Both the position numbers and the translations under genes were made by a program. 64,000 nt of DNA from Ignavibacteriota bacterium (lineage in GTDB: Bacteria > Bacteroidota > Ignavibacteria > UBA10030 > CAVZMI01), in contig CAVZMI010000023.1 of NCBI GenBank assembly GCA_963776275.1, positions 192,001 through 256,000 of the forward strand, read 5' to 3'. Positions 32,675 to 42,611 of the stretch are shown here, one piece after another; the stretch's first letter is position 1; every line of letters starts with the position of its first letter. The notes beneath the pieces are model-generated. The model had not been told where the DNA came from. It searched no databases and was given only the letters and a program-made list of their open reading frames with translations.

Positions 32675-33322
32675 TCACGGTTCCAGTTCAAAGCGCTCGA
32701 TGCAGACGCTGTCTCCTTTCATGAGATTCTTCGGATTTGTCACCTTGATCTTTGGGTTGAAGGCCTTGGCTATCGCATCTGAGGGAGCACACTCAATGGC
32801 GTATCCAATGTCCGCAGCGTTCATCTCTCGATACAGCTTGGCGATGAGGCATTCGGTGTACTTTGCCTCGTAAGCCCGGTCGGACTTCTCAACCACTTCG
32901 TATGTGACGGCCTTGTCATAAGGTGGCGTAGCCAAATAGCCCTGGATGAGATCACCAAGCGCTTTCGGATCTCTCGAAGTGTAGCTTTTGGCCATAGAGG
33001 AGATAGCTTCGGCCATGTTGTCATCCGAAGCCTTTTTTAGGAGTTCAAGGAATTTCTTGCTGCCGAGTTTCTTTTGGAGATTCTGGAACAGCGGAACACA
33101 GTATCCATAGGTAAAGCGAAACACCTCCTCGGTGGTCATGCCCGAGTTATCCGAGTATTTCGGTTTTTGGAGCGATGCTTGCTGACCGGCAAGAGCCAAT
33201 GTAGCGCCAAACATACTGTGACAACCGAGGCAGAGGAGCGCGCCAGCCGGGAAGTCTCTTGACAAGAACTTTCTCCGGCTCGATTGGAGAGACTGATTCT
33301 TGGTTGACATGATAACCTCCAA
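32675..33322 (-). CDS. L-2-amino-thiazoline-4-carboxylate hydrolase-like protein with Tat signal (cassette)
   Basis: SRRKFL twin-arginine motif and TEC..AK.YREM.AADIGY...C..D...LMKGD..C. Confidence 0.75.
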   Translation of the reverse strand: MEVIMSTKNQSLQSSRRKFLSRDFPAGALLCLGCHSMFGATLALAGQQASLQKPKYSDNSGMTTEEVFRFTYGYCVPLFQNLQKKLGSKKFLELLKKASDDNMAEAISSMAKSYTSRDPKALGDLIQGYLATPPYDKAVTYEVVEKSDRAYEAKYTECLIAKLYREMNAADIGYAIECAPSDAIAKAFNPKIKVTNPKNLMKGDSVCIERFELEP

Positions 33323-33418
33323 AGTTGTGATGAAGTTGATGATGTCTCCGAGGTGTCACCTCACCGCCCGTGCGATAGGTGACGAGCTTTTTCAAAATCT
33401 ATGATGGTGGGGCATGCC

Positions 33419-33565
33419 GCATAATGTCCGCAGTAGCAACGCAGTGTCGCCGCGAACTCTGAACAATTCATTTCTCTGTGAGCGGCGGCATTGAGTGATC
33501 CCGACGACCTGTACGCCATTTCTTTAGCGGGAGTCGGGAGAGCGTCGTTGCTGCCGTTATTAGCC
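33419..33565 (-). repeat. Cassette recombination site with variant cores
   Basis: GCATAAT-GTCC-GCAGTAGCAACG ... CGTTGCTGCCGT-T-ATTAGCC. Confidence 0.72.
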
Positions 33566-33598
33566 GCCGGCTTTCGTCCCTCCACCGTTGGCTGACAA

Positions 33599-34270
33599 TT
33601 ACTTTTTAAAACTCGTTTTCAGCGCTCCGGTCGGACAGCTCTCAACGCAACGCTGACAGAGGATGCAATCGCCTTTGCCAATGCGTGTGCCCATTCTCAC
33701 ACGCTCAGCCACGGGAATGTCCATCGGACAGACTTCCGTGCACGCCTCGCATTCGTTGCACGCCTCGGCCTGGGCGGAGACATGGAGAAGCGCCGGGCGG
33801 CTCGTCCAACGCAGAATGAATCCGGTGGGACAAAGGTATTTGCAGAACGCGCGTTGGTCGTGCAGAGCCAGTGCCAGCGCAATAGCTGCCGCATAGTAAA
33901 CGGCAACGCCGGCAGCGACGGGCCAGATGCTGTTGCCGCGCATGTGTCCGTGGGCTCCGCCGGGCTGGGAGTCTAACACCAGCGCGAACAGAACTGCGGC
34001 CGCAAAACTGACGGCCACACCGACAAGCGGCGTCCAAACCCAAACACCCTTGCGCCGGCCCGAGCCCTTGCCGACGGGAAGACGCTCGAGCACCATCGCA
34101 CGCCAACACCCCCATCCACACAGAATTCGGCCAAAGATGAGCGGCCCGATGACGGTGGTCACCATCGTGTGACCGATAGCCGGGCCTACTGTTCCCAGGA
34201 TCAGGAGCTCGAAGAAGCCATCTATGTCGAGGTTGACGGCATCGACCAATGAGAACATGAGAATTCCCAA
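33599..34270 (-). CDS. 4Fe-4S binding membrane protein (NapH/MauN-like); 5' part frameshifted or fused
   Basis: FGRILCGWGC, RAFCKYLCP and two CxxCxxCxxxCP motifs. High GC. Confidence 0.78.
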   Translation of the reverse strand: MGILMFSLVDAVNLDIDGFFELLILGTVGPAIGHTMVTTVIGPLIFGRILCGWGCWRAMVLERLPVGKGSGRRKGVWVWTPLVGVAVSFAAAVLFALVLDSQPGGAHGHMRGNSIWPVAAGVAVYYAAAIALALALHDQRAFCKYLCPTGFILRWTSRPALLHVSAQAEACNECEACTEVCPMDIPVAERVRMGTRIGKGDCILCQRCVESCPTGALKTSFKK

Positions 34271-35062
34271 TCCACCGGTGGCCAGGACGAGCCACCGCCA
34301 CCACTGTTTGCGGTCAGCGCGGGCAAAGGCGTAGCCGGCGAGAAATGGACCTTGGGAGAGCCCCGAACCGAAGAGAGCAAATTGCGAAACCCAATGTGTT
34401 TCCCCGGAACAGTACTACTGCAGCCAACGGCCAAAAGACGAGAAGGGAGATAGCGCTGACGACGAGCAACGCACGACTGACTCTACGGGGGGTCGTGCAC
34501 TCCCCGGTCACGGGATCCTCCGAGGATACGCATACATTCGGATTCTTCTTCACCTGTAGAAATTTTATAAACATATAAATATACTTTATTACAATTGTTA
34601 AAACAACGATGTCCAAAATAATAATCGAACCAATCAAAAAAGATCACACCAATGATGCCAGATAATAACTCTCCTACAAAAACAAAAGCAATCAAAAACG
34701 ATTTATGAATTTCAACGATCCAACTGAGTACTGTGTGCCCACCTTGGATTGCTGTTTTCATTATTAAAAAGATTACGAATAAGAATTCGATAAATAGTAC
34801 TATTAAAAACGATTCTTTCAGTTTTGCACATATCTTAATATGGTTGCGCCCTAACTATTGTTTATATGGTTTCCGCGTAAGACCACTGTATGTTCCATCG
34901 CAGCATTACACGCCACAGTCAGAATTTCCAAAAGCGCTAAGCCCAAACAAGTTATCGCCGCTCAGCTCACTGACAAGAGTGTTATGCGGTTTCGGCATAA
35001 CATGGCACGCCTTTCGTTCCTTCGTGCCGCAAAACGCCTTAAGAAAATGAATCTTTGCTTGC

Positions 35063-35226
35063 ACATAACGTCCGGCATGCCCACGCAGTACCGCCACGCC
35101 ATTTTGCAAATGAACAATTTCATATTTGCAGCGTGGCGGTATTGAGGGAGCACAATTTATTTTGCTTAATGAGTTTTTATTATCGTCTGACTAGTTGTGC
35201 GACCGTCGTGGGCACGCCTGTTATGC
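35063..35226 (-). repeat. Cassette recombination site
   Basis: ACATAAC-GTCC-GGCATGCCCACG ... CGTGGGCACGCC-T-GTTATGC. Confidence 0.85.
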
Positions 35227-35293
35227 GACGCGCAGCCGAACCACCAATTCGATCTCTTCGTGTAGATAGAAAAGTTGTAATTTTCTGTTGTCG

Positions 35294-35950
35294 TCACTGA
35301 GCCAGAGTATCGACCGTGACTGAAACAACTTTGCTCTTTTGGAACAGCTTAGTTTCTCGTATGGAACGACGAATTCTCTCGTCAAACCAAGTATTTTTCT
35401 CAGATATCTGAACTAGCTTGCCTTTCACGAACTGATAGCCGCATTCTGTACCACAACACGCACCAGATTGTTCCATTGTAGTCAACGTCCGTGTGGAACT
35501 ATCGGGTGTTAGTTCACTAAGTTTACTTAGCTCGTCATGGTAGAAGAATTTTTTTGTTTTCGGACTGAAAAGCCAAACATACGACCAACTCCCACCACTT
35601 CCATAATCGTATTCCAGCATCAGATCTAGATATCCATCGAAATTGAGATCCTTGGCTATGAATGCCCCTTCCCCAAAAGGATGGTATGTTTTGAAGTTTT
35701 TGAGGATTTGAAAAATTCCCGGTTTGTCTGACCGCTTGATTTCGATTCGTGATACCGAATGCACTGCCCCCGTCTCACTTGTATCTTCGTTAACGATGAA
35801 ATGCAATGTATATGGGGGTAGTGTAGAATGTATGGTAATGGTGTATTTGTAGTCGATTTCGTTGGGTTGACCACTTGTCAACCTATAGAAGCCTACCAAC
35901 AGGAACGCAATTCCAAGGATCATGAGTAATTTCAGTTTAGGAGTATTCAT
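35294..35950 (-). CDS. Secreted hypothetical protein, XAC2610-like (cassette)
   Basis: Signal peptide, DLNFDGYLDL, VWLFSP..KKF, SGACC. Confidence 0.65.
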   Translation of the reverse strand: MNTPKLKLLMILGIAFLLVGFYRLTSGQPNEIDYKYTITIHSTLPPYTLHFIVNEDTSETGAVHSVSRIEIKRSDKPGIFQILKNFKTYHPFGEGAFIAKDLNFDGYLDLMLEYDYGSGGSWSYVWLFSPKTKKFFYHDELSKLSELTPDSSTRTLTTMEQSGACCGTECGYQFVKGKLVQISEKNTWFDERIRRSIRETKLFQKSKVVSVTVDTLAQ

Positions 35951-36021
35951 TTCAATGAAAACCTTGAAGTATAGTTATACTATACATTGAAACCACCAAA
36001 CCTTTGGTGAGGCTGCGTGGC

Positions 36022-36139
36022 GCATAACGTCCGGCACAAAAATGACGTTGGGGCGCGAACTAATAATGACTAATTATTCTGTGAGCGACCCAATGTTTAT
36101 TCGGATTTCAAACTGCCAACATTTTTGTGCCTGTTAAGT
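36022..36139 (-). repeat. Cassette recombination site (of ORF-less cassette copy B)
   Basis: GCATAAC-GTCC-GGCACAAAAATG ... CATTTTTGTGCC-T-GTTAAGT. Confidence 0.87.
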
Positions 36140-36225
36140 GCACGTGACCGCGGCACTTCACTATACTTCAGGACTTCAACTCGCGCCACTTCAAAGACTG
36201 CTAACGCCGCGGGCATTGCACTTAA
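36028..36225 (-). mobile_element. 198-bp ORF-less cassette, copy B
   Basis: Identical by eye to 38401-38598. Confidence 0.85.
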
Positions 36226-36328
36226 CGTGTGCGGGCACTACGCAGTCCCGCTTGCCACTAAGAACAATTCAATTTTCTGTGGCAAGCGGGATTGAGTGTT
36301 CTTCACGTCGTAGTGCCCGCTGTTATGT
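36220..36328 (-). repeat. Cassette recombination site
   Basis: ACTTAAC-GTGT-GCGGGCACTACG ... CGTAGTGCCCGC-T-GTTATGT. Ends 12 bp from the gene stop. Confidence 0.87.
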
Positions 36329-36340
36329 GCAGTTGCCCGT

Positions 36341-37817
36341 TCATCGTAATAAAATAAGTTTCTTTGTCTCAACAAAACCACCAGCTTCGAGTCTATAATA
36401 ATACACACCGCTTACAATACCTAATGGATTCCATTCTGTTGTATAAGTACCGGCACTCAAATCTTGCGACAAAAGCTGTACGACTTCCTGTCCTAATGTG
36501 TTGTAGATTCTTAATGAGACATGTACTTCTTTGGGGAGTGAGAATCGTATCGTTGTGGTCGGGTTAAAGGGATTTGGATAATTTTGCCAAAGGTCGAATG
36601 CAGTCGGAATATCTCCTTCAGGTTTAATACCTTCCACCCCAACATTTCCGTCAACATCCGTCTTAATTAGATATATCTGTAGACTGTCCCCGAAAGACCA
36701 GGTTTCACCAGTTATTATATAGCCACCGTCAGTAGTCTGCTGAACGGAGTGACCATAACCCGACTCATAGGTTTTTGTCCACAATGTATCCCCAGAAGAA
36801 TTGGTTTTAAATAGGTAAACATCATAATCGAGGGCATCGTAGGAACTCTGTCCCGTGATGATGTATCCACCGTCTGTTGTCTGCTGTATGGAGTTACCAT
36901 AAGAGTAACGTCTACCCTCATAGGTCCCCCCATATGTCCTTGTCCAAACGGTGTCCCCATTGTCATTAGTCTTGATTAGATAGACTGCAGTTCCAGAGAA
37001 TAAGTCCATATCCCCAACAACGATGTAGCCGCCATCAGTAGTTTGCTGAACGGACCGACCCCTTGAATGTGATGAGCCCGCCCCCTCGTAGGTCACTTGT
37101 CCAAAGTGTATCCCCGATTGTATTAGTTTTTATAAGGTAAATATAATCTTTGTAGGTAGCAAAATTTCTGATATATCCCTCAACGATGTAGCCCCCATCC
37201 ATGGTCTGCTTGATTTCGTTTCCCTCATCAGTATAATAAGTGAGCGTTCCCCCGTAGGTCCTGGTTCACAGTGTGTCCCCGGAGGAATTGGTTTTTATCA
37301 GGTAAACTTTGTAAGAACCCTTAGCCCCTGCAACGATGTATCCGCCGTCTGTAGTTTGCTGGACGGAACTACCAAATTCGTCGCCCGACCCCCCATAGGT
37401 TTTTGTCCACAGTGTGTCTCCGGAGAAATTGGTTTTAATTAGGTAAACCTGTATGCCACTACCGAAAGAGCCGGTACTTCCCGCAACAATGTAACCACCA
37501 TCCGTAGTTTGCTGAACGGAGTGCCCCCCATCATCACCCGCTCCTCCGTAGGTATTTGTCCAAAGTATATCCCCATTGGCGTTGGTCTTTACGAGGCAGA
37601 CATCGTAATTTCCTGCACCGAAGGAATTGGTCCTGCCCGCTACGATGTAGCCCCCATCAGTAGTCTGCTGGACGGATTGACCGTATTCTCTTCTAGTCCC
37701 CCCGTAAGTCCTTTCCCACCGCTGTTGAGAAACCGCAGGTTCGGCTAAGGTGAGGATCAGCAGGAAGAACAGGAGGGTAGAAAAGGTGAGCAAGTGAAGT
37801 TTGAAACGTAACTTCAT
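36341..37817 (-). CDS. Beta-propeller-type repeat protein with T9SS C-terminal domain (cassette; frameshifts near 37095 and 37265)
   Basis: About 7 repeats of W..TYGG...G.SVQQT.DGGYIVAG...YLIKT, a signal peptide and QNYPNPFNPTTTI. Confidence 0.8.
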
Positions 37818-37949
37818 GGAAACCTCCTTATAATGATACTATTTGATAATGTTTCATAATCCAAGTATAGCATTTCATAGTACACCTCCACTAATTTTGC
37901 ACTCCTTTTCTTCCTATCGTCTGTAGGCAGATCTTGAAAGGGCAATTGC

Positions 37950-38097
37950 ACATAACGTCTGGGCCAACTACGCACCCCGACCGACCAACATTTTGTCAAT
38001 TGACGGGCGGGGGGAACGAACTCTATTTGTCGCGCCGAACTAGGCACCAACGTTGCCTTACCAAATGAAGTGAGTGTCGTAGTTGGCGCTGTTATGC
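37950..38097 (-). repeat. Cassette recombination site
   Basis: ACATAAC-GTCT-GGGCCAACTACG ... CGTAGTTGGCGC-T-GTTATGC. Confidence 0.85.
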
Positions 38098-38340
38098 GCT
38101 GGCGGCCGCCCCGCACCTGCGAATTATGACCTGCCTTGCTTTTTGACGCCTGTATGATCCCTTGCCACGGTGGGTATCGCACAGTCCCGCCCAAAACCTT
38201 TCGTATGACATGGGATGTTCATGCTTGGACCGCCAGTGCGCGTCAATTCCATCCCACCCGTGCCCTTGAAAAACGTGATTGCACTCTGGACAAATCCGAG
38301 GGCCGGTCTTCGGTACCATTTTTTCGCAACATCTGCACAT
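38092..38340 (-). CDS. Small Cys/His-rich protein (cassette)
   Basis: CPEC.HVF...WDGIDAHW...H and a GGAGG RBS. Its TAA stop lies in the site core, as is typical of cassettes. Confidence 0.65.
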   Translation of the reverse strand: MCRCCEKMVPKTGPRICPECNHVFQGHGWDGIDAHWRSKHEHPMSYERFWAGLCDTHRGKGSYRRQKARQVIIRRCGAAASA

Positions 38341-38394
38341 GTTATACTAACCTCCGTCTGTTTTGTCTGGTAATTATTCGGGGCGGCCGCTTGT

Positions 38395-38512
38395 GCATAA
38401 CGTCCGGCACAAAAATGACGTTGGGGCGCGAACTAATAATGACTAATTATTCTGTGAGCGACCCAATGTTTATTCGGATTTCAAACTGCCAACATTTTTG
38501 TGCCTGTTAAGT
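38395..38512 (-). repeat. Cassette recombination site (of ORF-less cassette copy A)
   Basis: Identical to 36022-36139. Confidence 0.87.
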
Positions 38513-38598
38513 GCACGTGACCGCGGCACTTCACTATACTTCAGGACTTCAACTCGCGCCACTTCAAAGACTGCTAACGCCGCGGGCATTGCACTTAA
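38401..38598 (-). mobile_element. 198-bp ORF-less cassette, copy A
   Basis: Identical by eye to 36028-36225. Confidence 0.85.
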
Positions 38599-38726
38599 CG
38601 TGTCGGCAAACACCGCCGTGCCGTTTGGCGTATATTAATGATTCAATTTTCCTCACGCCAAACGGCATGGAACGACCACCATAATCCTTCCCAATAAAGG
38701 GAGTGCCGGTGTTTGCCGTGTTAGGC
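38593..38726 (-). repeat. Cassette recombination site
   Basis: ACTTAAC-GTGT-CGGCAAACACCG ... CGGTGTTTGCCG-T-GTTAGGC. Confidence 0.87.
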
Positions 38727-38754
38727 GAAGTTGTTTTGCATTTGCGGAAAACGC

Positions 38755-39252
38755 TTAATGTTTCACAAGGGACTTACGAATGCGGTTATTGATCCCTTGC
38801 AGTGTATCTGTTTCAATTTGATGTTCCCAATAGCGAAGAACTTTCCATTTACACTTTCTCAGGATTCGAGTTTGTCGGACATCTCGCCTTCTGTTGTCGA
38901 GAATTTTTTCCTTCCACCAGAGCGTATGTGAGTTAGGAACCTTAAAATGAATGGGACAGCCGTGCCAAAAGCATCCATCAAGGAAGAGGCACACTTTATC
39001 CTTTGGAAACACAATATCCGCTTTTATCTTCAGCAGGGGCTCGGGTCTTACATTTGTACGAAATCTTAATCCAGCTTTTTTAAGGAAGATACGTAACCTT
39101 TGTTCCTGTTTGGTCTCGTGTCCTGTATTGCTTTGCATTACACGATGTACAAGGGGAGATGATGCACTAGGCGCACGAGATCGAATTGACTGTCTTGGCC
39201 GAGAGGCCTTTCTTCTATTGGTTGGTTTGGCTGTCCGTACTGACACTGTCAA
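38755..39252 (-). CDS. vsr: Very short patch repair endonuclease
   Basis: MQSN...ETKQE, ADIVF, FLDGCFWHGCP.H, N.RRD, W.VLRYWEH. Confidence 0.9.
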   Translation of the reverse strand: MTVSVRTAKPTNRRKASRPRQSIRSRAPSASSPLVHRVMQSNTGHETKQEQRLRIFLKKAGLRFRTNVRPEPLLKIKADIVFPKDKVCLFLDGCFWHGCPIHFKVPNSHTLWWKEKILDNRRRDVRQTRILRKCKWKVLRYWEHQIETDTLQGINNRIRKSLVKH

Positions 39253-40256
39253 ATTATTTTTGAGTCTGATGATCGTTTGTATTCTGCTTTTTCCTCACCG
39301 ACACTGATGTGAAAGGCATTTTCCGTCATACTAAAGCTAATTGGAGGTAATTCGTCGGGTGTCGCCTCAAGAGCCTGCTGCATCGGGGCTTTGACATATT
39401 TTTCCAAAAAGACGGTCATCACCTCACCAGCGGCTTTTTCGAGGTGCCGCCAAGCTTCATCTCCGACAAATGTAGTGCCACCAGCATCCTTGAATGCAGC
39501 AACCAATTCAGTGAGTTTCGGGTTTGGTGTTGGATCAAGAACGATGAGAACGGGTTTGTATCCACTTTGTTTGCAGTCTGTTGGAAAATCAACTTCTTCC
39601 TGCCAGCGACCTTGTCCCGATGCAGCGATGGTAACTCGAATCTTGATCTCGTATGCTAACTTATCTCGGATGCAATCAACTTGACGCCCTTTCGAGCCAT
39701 CATCGTGTCGTTTGATTGGACTTGCCTTAGCGCTAAAGGAAGCACCTCCGATTGCATTGGCGATTATTGGTTCGAAAAGGTAGCCAGTTTCTTGTCCAGC
39801 TCTATTGTCGATATCGAACAGCCACTTTCTCCATAGGAGGAACCCAGCTAGAGCTTGAGGGCTCATTTGCCCATACTGCAGGAGCGTCCGTGGACCTACT
39901 TGATCCATGGTTGGAACAGCTTGGTATTCAAGTATCCGAGCGTATTTCAGCCTGCTTTTTTGCAGGGTTGCCAAACAAGAGAAGTATGTATCAGCGTCCG
40001 GGATCAGTTTGAAAAGGCGTTCAATAAGCATGTAAAAGTCTAACTTAGTGAGTTCAAGCTTACGGGGATCGGCCTCGTCGAAGAATTCTGGAAAGCTTAT
40101 TTTAACCTCAGGAAACTTCTTAAGGATTTTCAAATCACGAACGATCGTTGCGACGAGGAAGGCACAAGCTTCATCTGAAAGGCCTGTGCCTAATTCACCG
40201 CCGCCAGCCGCCCTTGCCTTTTCAACGAGCGACTTCTGAGATTGTGTTATTGCCAT
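39249..40256 (-). CDS. Putative type II restriction endonuclease
   Basis: Overlaps both the C5-MTase and vsr. PD-(D/E)xK-like QVD...AYEIK preceded by GYLFE. Confidence 0.72.
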   Translation of the reverse strand: MAITQSQKSLVEKARAAGGGELGTGLSDEACAFLVATIVRDLKILKKFPEVKISFPEFFDEADPRKLELTKLDFYMLIERLFKLIPDADTYFSCLATLQKSRLKYARILEYQAVPTMDQVGPRTLLQYGQMSPQALAGFLLWRKWLFDIDNRAGQETGYLFEPIIANAIGGASFSAKASPIKRHDDGSKGRQVDCIRDKLAYEIKIRVTIAASGQGRWQEEVDFPTDCKQSGYKPVLIVLDPTPNPKLTELVAAFKDAGGTTFVGDEAWRHLEKAAGEVMTVFLEKYVKAPMQQALEATPDELPPISFSMTENAFHISVGEEKAEYKRSSDSKII

Positions 40257-41491
40257 AAAGCTATTTGCTCCAGTCCGATTTCTATGCGAGTAGTGGGAAA
40301 CCTACGTCTAATGCGGTATGTAATATCTTCAAGTACAGGACTCTTTCCGCTTGAGACTGTAGGAACAAAAGACAGTAATGCTCCATTCTTAAAAGACTGA
40401 ATGTTTGAAACTTTTTCAAGATCAAGTTGTAGATTGAGAGCAATTACTTCAGCAAGACGTGGTGGAACAGCATTCCCAATTTGTAGGATACATTCAGTGG
40501 TATTTCCAATAAAGATGAAGTCATCAGGGAAACTTTGAATGCGAGCACACTCGCGAAGTGTTAAGGTTCGATCATCAATAGGATGGATGAATTCTGATGT
40601 GGCACCACTCGTAATTGCCTTCGACGGTTGATCGTCTCTCAACCGTCTCAGTCCTGCGGGAGCTCCACCTCTTCGTTCTGTTGGGGTTCCGTCCATTACT
40701 CTTCTAAACGCTCTGCGTCGATAACTCTCATGCCATAACTCAGTAGGTAGGTCTTTCATCGTCTGACCTGGTTTCAGAAGGCGGACACGTTCAATGTCCT
40801 GCTCGGATAGTGGACGATAATAATGGCCATCTGGAAAACCGGGTGGCAACAGAGTAGGACGTGGTAAACCCCTAAGTGCATCGGCTAGCGTCGGACACGG
40901 AGGGAGATGCTTGAAGGCCTTTGATGCCCCAGGAGCTCCGTAAGCCGAATAAGTCGGTTCTGGGAACCGAGGAGACCATCCCAAGCCGCCAATTGCTATT
41001 ACTCGCTTGCGATGCTGAGGAACTCCGAAGTTTGCAGCGTTTATTTTTCGAAGATGGATCTGATAGCCTACGTCAACCAATGGTTCAAGTAGATCGAACA
41101 CTCTATTCCCATTATCTGCAGTTAGAAAACCCTCGACGTTCTCGAAGACAAATGCTTTTGGTTTGTGTTGGACAACTAGTTCTGAAAAAACTCTGACAAG
41201 TGTGTTTCTATGGTCATCTGAACGACGCATTCCCGCTGAGGAGAATCCCTGACAAGGTGGCCCTCCTATAATCACATCCGTGGATGGAATAATAGTTGAT
41301 TCGGTTATATTATCTGTCAGGATATGGTCTTCAAAGTTCCTTCTGTATGTCCTCGTTGCTGATTCATTGGAATCTATAGCAACAACGCAAGTAAATCCCG
41401 CCTTTTGAAAACCAAGCGAGAGCCCACCAGCACCGCAGAACAAGTCTGCGTAGGTCATATTGTTATTATGTCCTTGGTCTATTTCCAACAT
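40247..41491 (-). CDS. DNA (cytosine-5)-methyltransferase
   Basis: DLFCGAGG (I), GGPPCQGFS (IV), FENV (VI), PQHRKR (VIII), RECARIQSFPD (IX), QIGNAVPP (X). Confidence 0.95.
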   Translation of the reverse strand: MLEIDQGHNNNMTYADLFCGAGGLSLGFQKAGFTCVVAIDSNESATRTYRRNFEDHILTDNITESTIIPSTDVIIGGPPCQGFSSAGMRRSDDHRNTLVRVFSELVVQHKPKAFVFENVEGFLTADNGNRVFDLLEPLVDVGYQIHLRKINAANFGVPQHRKRVIAIGGLGWSPRFPEPTYSAYGAPGASKAFKHLPPCPTLADALRGLPRPTLLPPGFPDGHYYRPLSEQDIERVRLLKPGQTMKDLPTELWHESYRRRAFRRVMDGTPTERRGGAPAGLRRLRDDQPSKAITSGATSEFIHPIDDRTLTLRECARIQSFPDDFIFIGNTTECILQIGNAVPPRLAEVIALNLQLDLEKVSNIQSFKNGALLSFVPTVSSGKSPVLEDITYRIRRRFPTTRIEIGLEQIALWQ

Positions 41492-41568
41492 ATTGGTACT
41501 TCTTTACCCGTATTCGTTGCATGAAACATAATAAAAACTTATCAAAAGTCATAATGCAAAACAATTTC

Positions 41569-41701
41569 GCCTAACGTCTCGCCCAACAACGCAGCGCTTT
41601 TGCGAACTATAAATGGACCAATTCATTTGTGAAGCAAAAGCGTTGAGCGACAACAACTATACTCTATCAAAGATGGAGCGTCGTTGTTGGGCGTGTTATG
41701 C
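41569..41701 (-). repeat. Cassette recombination site
   Basis: GCCTAAC-GTCT-CGCCCAACAACG ... CGTTGTTGGGCG-T-GTTATGC. Confidence 0.87.
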
Positions 41702-41964
41702 GAAGCGCCCAAAGTCGCCTATTGGATACCACACGAAGCTAACGGTGTTACAAATAACGGGTGCCCCAACACAAGAATGCCGATCAAGAGTACAACATCA
41801 ATAATTTTATTACGTCCAGTTGATTTGCTGGATATACACATTTTACAAATTAATTTAGCTCCTTAGAGGTGTTAAAAATTTATTTTGTTATTATAACCCT
41901 TATTATTTTGGACAAATTATATTTGCATCTCTGCTTTGTTTATGTCATTCTTAAAAACTAAACT

Positions 41965-42390
41965 TTATGGACCTACATAACCACAACTGGAACAAATCTG
42001 TACCCCAGTAAGTCCAGCTTTTGGACCGTAGCCAGATGCACCGCAGCGCGGGCATTTTGGCCTAGAGGCAGTTACAATAGCCCAACAAGCTGGGCACACG
42101 GCCAAAAATGGTTTTCCATCTAATGTGGTATACGGTTCTGTCAATGCTGGGTGACCGATTTCGCCTTCAACTTGTCCACGATTAGAAGCGGGTACGAATG
42201 TGAATCGGCCAGTAGGTTTTCGACCACAAAAATTGCACGTATCATATTGAGGTTTAGAATTATTGTTCTTCGGATAATCTATCATATCTTCATGTTTCTT
42301 CTCTGATGCAAAGGTACCACGACCGCATCTAGGACATTTAATTAATCCATTTGGTACCTTCTCTCCACAGATGGCACATATTTTTTCCAT
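41965..42390 (-). CDS. Zinc-ribbon-rich hypothetical protein (cassette)
   Basis: Six CxxC pairs. The probable start is MEKIC at 42390. Confidence 0.6.
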   Translation of the reverse strand: MEKICAICGEKVPNGLIKCPRCGRGTFASEKKHEDMIDYPKNNNSKPQYDTCNFCGRKPTGRFTFVPASNRGQVEGEIGHPALTEPYTTLDGKPFLAVCPACWAIVTASRPKCPRCGASGYGPKAGLTGVQICSSCGYVGP

Positions 42391-42611
42391 ATGATTTATC
42401 GCCTTCTTAGTTTTTTTAGTATATACTTTGTATATATAAATATTGATTATATGGTTTCCATATAATACGCCTTCGCCATTGCCCTTCGGCATAACACGTC
42501 TCTGCTGTTTGCTCGTCAGGTTCCTTGTTTTTCCGGTTCTTGTATTAATAATAGTATAAATGGGTAACGATTCTATTGATATAGTCAGTCCTTTCTATCT
42601 TTGGGCGTTTC

